From the IMG/VR virus record IMGVR_UViG_3300022900_000008: 20,000 bases of DNA, one strand, 5' to 3'. The notes below the pieces were generated by a model, which was not told where the DNA came from, made no database searches, and worked only from the letters and a program-made list of their open reading frames with translations. The number at the start of each line of letters is the position of its first letter. The first letter of the stretch is position 1. Of the stretch, positions 7,830 to 16,089 are shown one piece after another. The stretch comes from an uncultured virus (IMG/VR IMGVR_UViG_3300022900_000008). Its lineage: Duplodnaviria > Heunggongvirae > Uroviricota > Caudoviricetes. The translations under genes were made by a program, and so were the position numbers.

Positions 7830-8209
7830 TGTTTGGTGGATTGAAGGTTTATTTGATTATGGGATCAGTGTTGGCGACGGTTGCCGTAGGTGGTTACTTT
7901 TACTATAAAGACACTCAGGCTCAGATCAAACTATTAACTGAAAACGCAGCAAAACTAGAAACAGCAGTTGACGCCCAGGAAGTCGTAATAGACCAAATGG
8001 AACAAACTGCGGCAAGGCAAGCTGAGCTAAACACTCAGCTTAACGAGTCTTTACAAGCAGCAGAATCCTATCAGGATGAGCTATTGAATAAACTTCAGGA
8101 ACACGACCTTACTCGCTTGGCGATTCGTAAACCTGGACTAATCGAAAGTAGAATTAATGATGCAACCAAAAAACTATTTGACGATCTCGAGTCTGCTACT
8201 AGCAACTAG
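7829..8209 (+). CDS. Inner-membrane spanin (Rz-like, i-spanin)
   Basis: N-terminal TM helix followed by a long coiled coil; overlaps the downstream lipoprotein gene by 53 nt. Confidence 0.75.
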   Translation: MFGGLKVYLIMGSVLATVAVGGYFYYKDTQAQIKLLTENAAKLETAVDAQEVVIDQMEQTAARQAELNTQLNESLQAAESYQDELLNKLQEHDLTRLAIRKPGLIESRINDATKKLFDDLESATSN

Positions 8210-8543
8210 TGTACTCGGTGGCTGCGCACTGTTCTCTCCACAAGAGAAGATAGTAACCGTACCTCAGATCATAGAAAAAGATATCCCATTGGCTGATAGA
8301 CCAAAAGGTCTTTCTTTGGCCGACGTTGAGTTTTTTGTTGTCACCGCCGAGAACTATGATGAGTTCGAAAGTCGTTTTACGGATGAGAACGGCCAATTGG
8401 TATTCGTTGCTATGTCAGTCCGCGGCTACGAGGCAATGTCCTTGAACATGGCCGAACTTCGTAGGTACATACTTCAGCAAAAAGAAGTCATTGTTTACTA
8501 CGAAAATTCTTTAGAAAAAAATACGAAAAAAGACACACAATAG
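8157..8543 (+). CDS. Outer-membrane lipoprotein spanin (Rz1-like, o-spanin)
   Basis: Signal peptide with lipobox VLGG-C; Pro-containing linker; overlaps the i-spanin. Confidence 0.75.
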   Translation: MMQPKNYLTISSLLLATSVLGGCALFSPQEKIVTVPQIIEKDIPLADRPKGLSLADVEFFVVTAENYDEFESRFTDENGQLVFVAMSVRGYEAMSLNMAELRRYILQQKEVIVYYENSLEKNTKKDTQ

Positions 8544-8545
8544 GG

Positions 8546-8574
8546 TTTACATCCTAGCCTTTTTGTGGTATAAT
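8546..8574 (+). promoter_or_regulatory. Early sigma70-type promoter for nrdA
   Basis: TTTACA-17 nt-TATAAT with extended TG; A-tracts upstream at 8515-8531. Confidence 0.85.
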
Positions 8575-8606
8575 AGTCTTATCATTTAGAAAATTGGAGT
8601 CACTTG

Positions 8607-10898
8607 ATGGCAGATAATATTTTTGTTACTAAAAGGGACGGCCGAACTGAGCCGTTCGACCTTGATAAAGTCCATAAAGTACTCGAGTGGGCAACTGCAG
8701 ATATCACTGGCGTGTCTATATCAGAGATTGAAATCAAGGCAAATATTCAGTTATACGATAAGATCCCAGCCTATGACATTCATGAGCTTTTAATCAAATC
8801 GGCGGCAGAGCTGATATCTGATAGAACGATTAACTATCAGTATGTTGCCTCACGTCTAATTAACTACAAGTTGCGTAAAGAGGTCTATGGTCAATACGAA
8901 CCTTGGCCCTTAGCTCAACTTATCATTGAGAACGTATCCCGTGGTGTATACGATGGATCCATCATGGAGGAATATACCCGTGATGAGATAGATCAATTAG
9001 GATCATACATCAAACACGAACGTGACGATATGTTTACATTTGTTGGTATGGAACAGTTCCGTGGCAAGTATCTCGTGCAGGACCGTAGGACCAAAGAATA
9101 CTACGAAACTCCGCAGATGCTGTATATGATGATTGCGGCCACACTGTTTATAAACTATCCAAAAGATACCCGTATGAAATGGGTAAAGGAGTTTTATGAT
9201 GCAATCTCACAATTTTACATTTCTTTACCGACTCCAATTATGGCTGGCGTGCGTACACCTACTCGTCAGTTCTCGTCATGTGTCCTTATTGAAAGCGGAG
9301 ATAGCTTGGATTCAATCAACGCCACGTCGACGTCGATTGTTCGGTACATTTCTAAGAAGGCTGGAATCGGCATTGCCGCAGGCAGTATCAGAGCACTCGG
9401 AGCTAAGATTGGAGATGGTTCGATTGTACACACAGGACTTATCCCTTTTCTTAAGTACTTCCAGGCTGCGGTCAAATCGTGTAGTCAGGGAGGAGTGCGC
9501 GGCGGTGCAGCAACTGTATATCTCCCAATCTGGCATTTAGAGTTCGAGGATCTTGTAGTACTTAAAAACAACAAGGGTACCGAAGAGAACCGAGTCCGTC
9601 ATATGGACTATGCATTTCAGTTCAATAAACTGATGTATGAAAGGCTACTATCAGGTGGTAACATTACGTTCTTTTCGCCTGATGATGTCCCTGGACTATA
9701 CGAAGCATTCTATGCGGACCAAGACAAGTTTCGTGAGTTATACGAAAAGTATGAGCGCAAGACATCCATTCGTAAAAACTCTATGCCAGCGATTGATGTC
9801 TTTAGTCAGTTCATCAAGGAGAGAAAGGACACTGGTAGAATCTACCTAATGAATGTCGACCATGCAAACGATCACGGCGCGTTCAAATCAGACCTTGCTC
9901 CAATCAGGCAGTCAAATCTATGTTGTGAGATTGATCTTCCAACTAAACCATTAAACTCAGCAAACGACGACGAGGGTGAGATCTCGCTGTGTACGTTATC
10001 AGCAATTAACTGGGGACTCATTAATGAACCTAAAGACTTTGAAAAATACTGTAATCTCGCCGTTAGATCGCTGGATGCTCTTCTCGATTACCAAGCTTAT
10101 CCTGTTAAAGCAGCCGAAGTTTCCACACGGAACCGTCGTCCTCTTGGGATTGGTATTATTAACCTTGCTTACTTTTTGGCGAAAAGAGGATTGGGATATA
10201 ACGAAGAAGCATTGGCCACTATTGATGAATACGCTGAGGCATGGTCATATTACCTAATCAAGGCATCTGCTGATTTAGCAGCAGAGCAAGGATCCATTCC
10301 ATTGATCAACGAATCAAAGTATGGTGACGGAGTTCTTCCTGTTGACACCTATAAGAAGGATGTTGATGAACTCGTCAAACCTAAACAGAGAATGGATTGG
10401 AAAGGTCTACGAAAGCAACTGAAAACATCAGGCATTCGTAACTCTACTCTGATGGCGTTAATGCCAGCAGAAACATCTGCTCAGATATCCAACTCCACGA
10501 ATGGTATTGAACCACCTCGTGCGTTGGTATCGTATAAGCAGTCAAAGGATGGTGTAATGGCTCAGGTAGTTCCTGGGTACCACCATCTTAAAAATAAGTA
10601 CGATCTGCTGTGGGATCAAAAATCTCCACAGGGTTACCTTAAGATTTGTGCAGTACTACAGAAGTATATCGATCAGGGAATATCCGTGAACACGAGTTAT
10701 AATCCTGAGCACTTTGATGAAGGTAAGGTACCTATGTCTGAAATGATTAAAGACATTGTTACTTTTTACAAGTATGGTGGTAAGCAACTATATTATAACA
10801 ACACTTACGATGGATCCGGTGAGTTCAAGGAAGAAGCATTAGTGGAACTTGAGTCAGCCGCAATAGATGATGAGCACTGTGATAGCTGCGTCATATAA
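8607..10898 (+). CDS. nrdA: Ribonucleotide reductase class Ia alpha subunit with N-terminal ATP cone
   Basis: VTKRDGR ATP cone; QFSSC; SNLCCEI catalytic motif; SLCTL; QLYY; C-terminal CDSC; GGAG 7 nt before ATG 8607 (track start is TTG 8604). Confidence 0.97.
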   Translation: MADNIFVTKRDGRTEPFDLDKVHKVLEWATADITGVSISEIEIKANIQLYDKIPAYDIHELLIKSAAELISDRTINYQYVASRLINYKLRKEVYGQYEPWPLAQLIIENVSRGVYDGSIMEEYTRDEIDQLGSYIKHERDDMFTFVGMEQFRGKYLVQDRRTKEYYETPQMLYMMIAATLFINYPKDTRMKWVKEFYDAISQFYISLPTPIMAGVRTPTRQFSSCVLIESGDSLDSINATSTSIVRYISKKAGIGIAAGSIRALGAKIGDGSIVHTGLIPFLKYFQAAVKSCSQGGVRGGAATVYLPIWHLEFEDLVVLKNNKGTEENRVRHMDYAFQFNKLMYERLLSGGNITFFSPDDVPGLYEAFYADQDKFRELYEKYERKTSIRKNSMPAIDVFSQFIKERKDTGRIYLMNVDHANDHGAFKSDLAPIRQSNLCCEIDLPTKPLNSANDDEGEISLCTLSAINWGLINEPKDFEKYCNLAVRSLDALLDYQAYPVKAAEVSTRNRRPLGIGIINLAYFLAKRGLGYNEEALATIDEYAEAWSYYLIKASADLAAEQGSIPLINESKYGDGVLPVDTYKKDVDELVKPKQRMDWKGLRKQLKTSGIRNSTLMALMPAETSAQISNSTNGIEPPRALVSYKQSKDGVMAQVVPGYHHLKNKYDLLWDQKSPQGYLKICAVLQKYIDQGISVNTSYNPEHFDEGKVPMSEMIKDIVTFYKYGGKQLYYNNTYDGSGEFKEEALVELESAAIDDEHCDSCVI

Positions 10899-10907
10899 GG
10901 AAAGCAC

Positions 10908-12029
10908 ATGTCAGTATTTCAAAAGAAGAAAAAATCTCACCTTGAGTCAATGATGTTCTTTGACGAGCCCGTGGATGTGGCTCGTTATGATCAATTGCGT
11001 TATCCTACATTGGATAAGATTACCGATAAACAGTTAGGTTTCTTTTGGCGACCAGAAGAGGTCGACGTATCAAAGGACAAGGGCGACTTTGCCAACCTGA
11101 CTGATAACGAAAAACATATCTTTACATCGAACCTTAAACGGCAGATCCTATTGGATTCCGTTCAGGGTCGAGGACCAACCGAAACGCTCATGCCGGTTGC
11201 GTCAGTTCCAGAGATTGAGCCGTTGGTTATGGCGTGGGCATTCATGGAGACTATTCATAGTCGTTCTTACACGCATATCATTCGTAACGTATATCCAAAC
11301 CCAAGTCGTGTCTTTGACGAAATGTTGGATATCCAAGAGATCGTTGATTGCGCAAAGGACATTAGTCGATATTATGATGAATCGATAGAGGCCTCAAAGT
11401 GGTGGGAACTACTCGGTGAAGGCACGCATACCGTTAATGGTAAAAAGGTCGAAGTGGATCTATACGAACTAAAGAAAAAACTATGGATGGCTCTGAACTC
11501 AATTAATGTTTTAGAAGGAGTACGATTCTATGTTTCGTTCGCTTGTTCGTGGGCTTTTGCAGAGCTTAAGAAGATGGAAGGCAACGCCAAAATCATCAAG
11601 TTCATCGCAAGAGATGAAAACACCCACCTCGCCGCCAGTCAAACAATCCTCAAAGCCCTCCCGAAAGACGACCCAGACTTCGAAAAAATCAAAGAAGAAA
11701 CGTCCGACGCGGTAATTCAAATGTTCGTTGATGCAGTCGAACAAGAAAAGCAATGGGCTGATTATCTGTTCAAGGACGGATCAATGATTGGCCTTAACGC
11801 TAAACTCTTATATGATTATATAGAATGGATCGCGTGTAAGCGCATGAAGGTGTTAGGTTACGCCTGTCCGTACTCTCCTGGTCAATCAAATCCATTACCG
11901 TGGACTGAAAAATGGATTGGCGGAGGAAACGTTCAGGTGGCACCACAAGAAACTGAGATCAGTTCTTATGTTCTTGGCGGGGTTAAACAGGATGTATCTG
12001 AGGATACTTTTAAGGGATTATCACTATGA
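10908..12029 (+). CDS. nrdB: Ribonucleotide reductase class Ia beta subunit
   Basis: FFWRPEEV, LLDSVQGR, ETIHSRSY (radical Tyr), LEGVRFYVSFA, RDENTH, C-terminal APQETEISSY. Confidence 0.97.
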   Translation: MSVFQKKKKSHLESMMFFDEPVDVARYDQLRYPTLDKITDKQLGFFWRPEEVDVSKDKGDFANLTDNEKHIFTSNLKRQILLDSVQGRGPTETLMPVASVPEIEPLVMAWAFMETIHSRSYTHIIRNVYPNPSRVFDEMLDIQEIVDCAKDISRYYDESIEASKWWELLGEGTHTVNGKKVEVDLYELKKKLWMALNSINVLEGVRFYVSFACSWAFAELKKMEGNAKIIKFIARDENTHLAASQTILKALPKDDPDFEKIKEETSDAVIQMFVDAVEQEKQWADYLFKDGSMIGLNAKLLYDYIEWIACKRMKVLGYACPYSPGQSNPLPWTEKWIGGGNVQVAPQETEISSYVLGGVKQDVSEDTFKGLSL

Positions 12030-12274
12030 ACATTACTATCTATTCAATGGATGGGTGTGGTCACTGCGTTGGTGCAAAGGCCGCACTCACTCTTAAGAAC
12101 ATTGATTTTACTGAAGTCAAGGTTCCACACGATATGACTACTGCAGCCTTCGTTGAGAAGTTTCCTATGGCAAGATCGATGCCACTTATCTTTGATGGCG
12201 ACCACCTGATTGGTGGTCTTCAAGAACTACAGTCCTATCTACTCTCAAAGGAGTTAGAGGGCGTTACGATATGA
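12026..12274 (+). CDS. nrdC: Glutaredoxin (T4 NrdC-like)
   Basis: CGHC active site; SMPLIF and LIGG motifs; directly follows nrdB. Confidence 0.85.
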   Translation: MNITIYSMDGCGHCVGAKAALTLKNIDFTEVKVPHDMTTAAFVEKFPMARSMPLIFDGDHLIGGLQELQSYLLSKELEGVTI

Positions 12275-12432
12275 GCATCACTAAGGAATGTTTTGCTTGT
12301 GGGGTTAAGTTTAGTATTAAGTTTGACGATGATGAGGCAGAACTAAATTTCTGTCCTCATTGTGGTGAAGAGGATTTTGAGGAACTACAGTTCGAGGATG
12401 ATCCTGACTATGGAGACTGGGACGAGGAGTAA
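12271..12432 (+). CDS. 53-aa zinc-ribbon protein with acidic tail, not in the ORF track
   Basis: MSITKECFACG...FCPHCGEEDFEELQFEDDPDYGDWDEE; ATGA overlap with glutaredoxin; GAGG upstream. Confidence 0.75.
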   Translation: MSITKECFACGVKFSIKFDDDEAELNFCPHCGEEDFEELQFEDDPDYGDWDEE

Positions 12433-12434
12433 TA

Positions 12435-12468
12435 TATAAATAGTCTATATTGAATAAAATATGGACTA
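12435..12468 (+). promoter_or_regulatory. Late promoter TATAAATA (12435-12442) overlapping an RBS-masking hairpin (12441-12468)
   Basis: TAGTCTATATT-GAATAA-AATATGGACTA, an 11-bp stem with one G-U pair; GGA is in the 3' arm. Confidence 0.75.
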
Positions 12469-12471
12469 AGT

Positions 12472-12912
12472 ATGAATTGGTTATATGAAGGCGCGGAGTA
12501 CGAACTACCAGAAGGCGTTGACCATTCGGATATTTACGGGTTTGTTTATCTTATTACTAATATCGAGAATGGCCGCAAGTACATTGGAAAAAAGTTCTTT
12601 TGGCGCAAGAAGATCCTTCCCATCACTAAAACTCGTAAACGACGAAAACACACCCAGGTCGAATCCGATTGGAGAAGTTACTATGGGTCGTCGGAAGAGC
12701 TCAATTCAGACATAGAAAAATACGGCAAAGACAACTTTCGCAGAGAGATACTACACATCTGCAAAACCAAAGGCGAGTGTGGTTATCTGGAAGCAAAGGA
12801 GCAATTCGTGAGAGATGCATTGCTAACAGACGAATACTACAACACGTGGATTCAAGTTAGAGTAAGAAAAAATCATATTAATGGTTTACATCTTAAGGAA
12901 AATGGTGTATAA
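12472..12912 (+). CDS. GIY-YIG family nuclease (short, T4-like conserved type)
   Basis: GFVYLITN...GRKYIGKK, YYGSS, FRREIL, LEAKEQF and YYN motifs. Confidence 0.85.
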   Translation: MNWLYEGAEYELPEGVDHSDIYGFVYLITNIENGRKYIGKKFFWRKKILPITKTRKRRKHTQVESDWRSYYGSSEELNSDIEKYGKDNFRREILHICKTKGECGYLEAKEQFVRDALLTDEYYNTWIQVRVRKNHINGLHLKENGV

Positions 12913-12913
12913 T
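12885..12913 (+). promoter_or_regulatory. Early sigma70-type promoter within the 3' end of the GIY-YIG gene
   Basis: TTTACA(12885)-17 nt-TATAAT(12908). Confidence 0.8.
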
Positions 12914-12919
12914 AGTACT

Positions 12920-13198
12920 ATGAATGATAACGTAATACCTTTCCCTGTGGTACATAAGTCTGAGGAATCAGTCGAATTGGCCCTTGACATATTTGAAGGT
13001 ATAGCCGAATTCTTAGATGATGAAGGCTACGACATAGATGATATGAAGGATGATCTGAACGTCATCTGCAATATGATGGTAGCAGCCATCACCCGACAGG
13101 CTGGAAATCCGCATTTCCTACATGAGGTATTGGCGGAACTACATCAGACCTTAAAAAAACTCGTAGAGGATAACCAAGAAGATAATGATAGTAATTGA
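12920..13198 (+). CDS. Acidic hypothetical protein, probably leaderless
   Basis: MNDNVIPFP start; ATG is 7 nt after the -10 box with no SD; the track start at 12881 lies upstream of the promoter. Confidence 0.65.
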   Translation: MNDNVIPFPVVHKSEESVELALDIFEGIAEFLDDEGYDIDDMKDDLNVICNMMVAAITRQAGNPHFLHEVLAELHQTLKKLVEDNQEDNDSN

Positions 13199-14033
13199 TT
13201 ATAATGGAATCGCCATAGCTGGCGTTGTGGTACAAAAACTAGAGATCAATGAGGACCTTATACGTCACATGATTCTCAACTCAATTCGAATGTATAACAA
13301 AAAGTTTCGTAGTGAGTACGGCCAAGTAGTTATCGCGTGTGATGCGCGGACATGGCGTAGGGATTACTTCCCTAACTATAAATTTAAGCGGAGAGAAAAC
13401 CGTGACGACTCGGCAGCAGACTGGGATGAGATCTTTCGTATCATCAATCAGGTCAGGGATGAGATCGCTCAAAACTTCCCTTATAAAGTTATTCATATTG
13501 ACGGCTGTGAGGCTGACGATATCATTGGTGCTCTTGCTTATGAGACTCAAGAGTTTGGTAAACACGAACCAATGATGATCGTTTCATCCGACAAGGATTT
13601 CATTCAGCTGCAAAAGTTTAGTAACGTTAAGCAGTTCAGTCCAATGCAAAAGAAAGCAGTGACTGATAAGAACCCAAGACATTATCTATTCGAACATATA
13701 CTGAAAGGAGACTCAGGTGATGGAGTCCCTAATTGTCTCAGTCCTGATAATACTTTTGTTGATGGTATACGACAGTCACCAGTGACTAAGAAAAAGATTG
13801 AACATTGGCTAGAACATGCAGAGGATCTGCAGTCCGTTATGGACGAGAACACTTATCGTAATTACGTTCGCAACAAGAACCTAATCGATCTGTCCTGCAC
13901 ACCTAGTCATATAAAAGAAGCAATTATAAATAAGTTTGAGGAGGATCCTATTGGTCTCAAAAGGAATGTCCTAAATTATCTTATTAAGAAACGTTGCAAA
14001 ATGCTAATAGAATGTGTTGAGGAGTTTTACTAA
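13185..14033 (+). CDS. rnh: T4-type RNase H / 5'-3' exonuclease
   Basis: IVIDY, WRRDYFPNYK, EADDIIG, IVSSDKDFIQL, KGDSGDGVPN and RNKNLIDL motifs. Confidence 0.93.
   Translation: MIVIDYNGIAIAGVVVQKLEINEDLIRHMILNSIRMYNKKFRSEYGQVVIACDARTWRRDYFPNYKFKRRENRDDSAADWDEIFRIINQVRDEIAQNFPYKVIHIDGCEADDIIGALAYETQEFGKHEPMMIVSSDKDFIQLQKFSNVKQFSPMQKKAVTDKNPRHYLFEHILKGDSGDGVPNCLSPDNTFVDGIRQSPVTKKKIEHWLEHAEDLQSVMDENTYRNYVRNKNLIDLSCTPSHIKEAIINKFEEDPIGLKRNVLNYLIKKRCKMLIECVEEFY
13925..13932 (+). promoter_or_regulatory. Candidate late promoter TATAAATA inside rnh, about 100 nt upstream of ORF 14035
   Basis: Exact consensus match. Confidence 0.55.
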
Positions 14034-14034
14034 A

Positions 14035-14478
14035 ATGGCAGTGAATAAGTTGACTGGACTAACAGTCCATGAAATCCTAACTAAAGCGGGTGAAGCACCT
14101 ACCCGTGTTGACAAGGTTGAAGTACTTCGTGAGTACAATACCCTTGCTCTTAGGGATGTTTTGAAGGGTGCATATGATGACGAGGTTGAATTCATTCTTC
14201 CTAAAGGTGAGCCACCATACACACCTGCTGATGAAAAAAGTGTTCCCTCGAATCTTAATAAGCAAACGAAACGGTTTCGCTATTTCGTTAAAGGCGGCCC
14301 AGGCGAGTCGCTCCAACCCGTAAAGGTAGAGATGATGTTCGTCAAGTTGCTTGAGGCAATCCACCCTAACGATGCGCAGCTTGTTATTAAGATGAAGGAA
14401 AAGGACCTAGCTGGTGCCTATAAGGGAGTTACCAAAAAGCTAGTGTCAGAAGCTTTTCCGGGCCTAATCGTTAAATGA
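14035..14478 (+). CDS. Conserved T4-like hypothetical protein (recalled as DUF6433-like)
   Basis: GAGGAG RBS; VHEIL...LPKGEPPY...LLEAIHPNDA...LVSEAFP; family recalled as rnh-adjacent in marine T4-like phages. Confidence 0.75.
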   Translation: MAVNKLTGLTVHEILTKAGEAPTRVDKVEVLREYNTLALRDVLKGAYDDEVEFILPKGEPPYTPADEKSVPSNLNKQTKRFRYFVKGGPGESLQPVKVEMMFVKLLEAIHPNDAQLVIKMKEKDLAGAYKGVTKKLVSEAFPGLIVK

Positions 14479-14486
14479 TGTAAAAA

Positions 14487-14494
14487 TATAAATA
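14487..14494 (+). promoter_or_regulatory. Late promoter TATAAATA, intergenic
   Basis: Exact consensus 8 nt after the stop of the upstream gene. Confidence 0.7.
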
Positions 14495-14527
14495 CCATTA
14501 TGGTAAGAAAACATTATCATTCAACTG

Positions 14528-14572
14528 AAAGCTCTAAGATCGTTCTACGGTCCTAGGGCTTTTTCACTTTTT
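14528..14572 (+). terminator. Intrinsic terminator-like hairpin
   Basis: AAAGCTCTAAGATCGT-TCT-ACGGTCCTAGGGCTTT (16-position stem, two G-U pairs, one mismatch) followed by TTCACTTTTT. Confidence 0.7.
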
Positions 14573-14647
14573 GGAGCTATCACACAACGGAGGAACCTAA
14601 CTATATCTCGGCAACGACCAATCACTAACAAACGGAGAGATGACGAA

Positions 14648-14818
14648 ATGTATGGATCTCAAATAGAAAGATTGAAGCGAGACTCAAAGGAGCTTAAACA
14701 TTATATGTACAGAATGGAGAAACGTGGTAATTATCATATTCTGCATAAATTAAGAGTTAAGTACGATTACTTGAACAGCCGAATCAACGATATAGAACAG
14801 GAGTTACTTGCAGCATAA
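14648..14818 (+). CDS. 56-aa probably helical protein ending in LLAA, not in the ORF track
   Basis: GGAGAG at 14634-14639; MYGSQIERLKRDSKELKHY...INDIEQELLAA. Confidence 0.7.
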   Translation: MYGSQIERLKRDSKELKHYMYRMEKRGNYHILHKLRVKYDYLNSRINDIEQELLAA

Positions 14819-14835
14819 ATTACTTAAAATAACTA

Positions 14836-14895
14836 TTTACATTACCCTTCTTTTGTGGTATAATAGTAATTATGAATGCTACAGAGGAGGGTAAT
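14836..14895 (+). promoter_or_regulatory. Early promoter (TTTACA 14836, TATAAT 14859) embedded in a 20-bp RBS-masking hairpin
   Basis: 17-nt spacer; ATTACCCTTCTTTTGTGGTAT (14841-14861) pairs with ATGCTACAGAGGAGGGTAAT (14876-14895). Confidence 0.85.
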
Positions 14896-14897
14896 AT

Positions 14898-15119
14898 ATG
14901 CGACAACTAGAGCTTTTTCCAACATACGCCGTAATGATCGAAATCGATGAAGGCGATTGGCAATTCGTCAAGGGCCGTGGTGGTAATTGGAAATCAACCG
15001 ATGACGTTAGGATCTTTGGATCCAAAGAAGAGGCGGCTAAAGAAGCTGCTAGGTGGAATAACCCAGATATTGTATTATATGATGTAGGAGTGATGAATGA
15101 ACTTATTCATACTAAATGA
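14898..15119 (+). CDS. Hypothetical early protein
   Basis: GAGGAGG RBS; 73 aa. Confidence 0.75.
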   Translation: MRQLELFPTYAVMIEIDEGDWQFVKGRGGNWKSTDDVRIFGSKEEAAKEAARWNNPDIVLYDVGVMNELIHTK

Positions 15120-15645
15120 GGATCCTGTCATAGCTGCACGAGAGCAGTGTGACAAGCATATCAATAAGATGGTTATTGAGTCAGCTCAAATGCTGTCAAC
15201 AACTCATCGCATGCTTGATGGTACTATGTACTATGAGCTAAGCAAGAACAATCGTAGGGTCAAACGATATAAGTTAACTGACCTTCGTGAGCAGCAACTG
15301 TACAAGGCAGTTCATTTTAACCATCCTTGTACCGTCTGGACTCGTGAAAGTCTATACAACTATATATGGCACTACAAACATTTCATCGCCCTTTGCGACG
15401 AGTTCACGCATCGTTATGGTAAAGTACATATGACTGACACTAAGTTGCGTAAAGTACTGATGGCACCTCCGTTCCATATTCCTAACATTGAGCGTACTCC
15501 TTTCAAGTTGGCAATGAAATCCAATCCTGAGTGTATGTTCCCTGAGGATCCAGTCAAGTCCTACCGTATGTACTATAAGACAAAGCAGTCTAGGTTCAAA
15601 ATGGCTTGGACTAAACGTGATGTACCGGAGTGGTTTGCGGCGTGA
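15097..15645 (+). CDS. Pyrimidine-dimer DNA glycosylase / DenV-like family protein
   Basis: MNLFIL..DP..AA...CDKH..KM..ESAQMLST and H.NHPCTVW; AGGAG RBS. Confidence 0.7.
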   Translation: MNLFILNEDPVIAAREQCDKHINKMVIESAQMLSTTHRMLDGTMYYELSKNNRRVKRYKLTDLREQQLYKAVHFNHPCTVWTRESLYNYIWHYKHFIALCDEFTHRYGKVHMTDTKLRKVLMAPPFHIPNIERTPFKLAMKSNPECMFPEDPVKSYRMYYKTKQSRFKMAWTKRDVPEWFAA

Positions 15646-15893
15646 TGTTACCTATTGACATCTTTGAGTATAAAAAGCGATGGTCTTGGAATGCTCATAT
15701 CATAAAGCTCCATAGCGACTATCGTAGTGAAGCAAAGGACTGGTGTAAATCTCAAATGCTTAAGCAGCAGTGGGATGTACAACAGTATACTAACGTCTAT
15801 GAGGATACCTATTTGTTTGAGGAGAAAGACGATGCGGAAAGTTTCGCAAGACGATTTAACGTCGCCTGTAAAGACAGGTTATCCAGACTGTGA
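15645..15893 (+). CDS. Hypothetical protein
   Basis: TGATG coupling to the previous gene (MLPIDIFEYK...). Confidence 0.65.
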   Translation: MLPIDIFEYKKRWSWNAHIIKLHSDYRSEAKDWCKSQMLKQQWDVQQYTNVYEDTYLFEEKDDAESFARRFNVACKDRLSRL

Positions 15894-16089
15894 TGCAGTC
15901 AATCGTGAAAGCTATTACGACTACATGAAACGTCGCAGTCGTGAAGAAGATGAAAAGTTACGTATAGATAATAATACTGCTTATCCATATAAAGGATGGA
16001 GTCAAGACGCCATTGTCTCTGACTTGCGAAAACGAGCAGATCAATTGAGGAAAGACATAGATGCCTACGTACACGGTGAGAAACACTGA
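15832..16089 (+). CDS. Hypothetical protein (start uncertain)
   Basis: GAGGAG before ATG 15832; contains RESYYDYMKRRSREED; overlaps the upstream ORF by 62 nt. Confidence 0.5.
   Translation: MRKVSQDDLTSPVKTGYPDCDAVNRESYYDYMKRRSREEDEKLRIDNNTAYPYKGWSQDAIVSDLRKRADQLRKDIDAYVHGEKH

Noticed and set aside
8541..8564. Terminator after the spanins (TAGGG-TTTACA-TCCTA then a T run)
   Set aside because: Only a 5-bp weak stem; the sequence is explained by the nrdA promoter
8607..12029. Intron or intein in nrdA/nrdB, as in T4
   Set aside because: Both ORFs are uninterrupted, of normal class Ia length and have all catalytic motifs
12472..12912. Mobile homing endonuclease element
   Set aside because: At 146 aa it has no obvious C-terminal DNA-binding domain and no intron context, so mobility cannot be supported
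14495..14647. tRNA or known riboswitch in the longest intergenic region
   Set aside because: No cloverleaf, T-loop or recognisable aptamer consensus seen by eye
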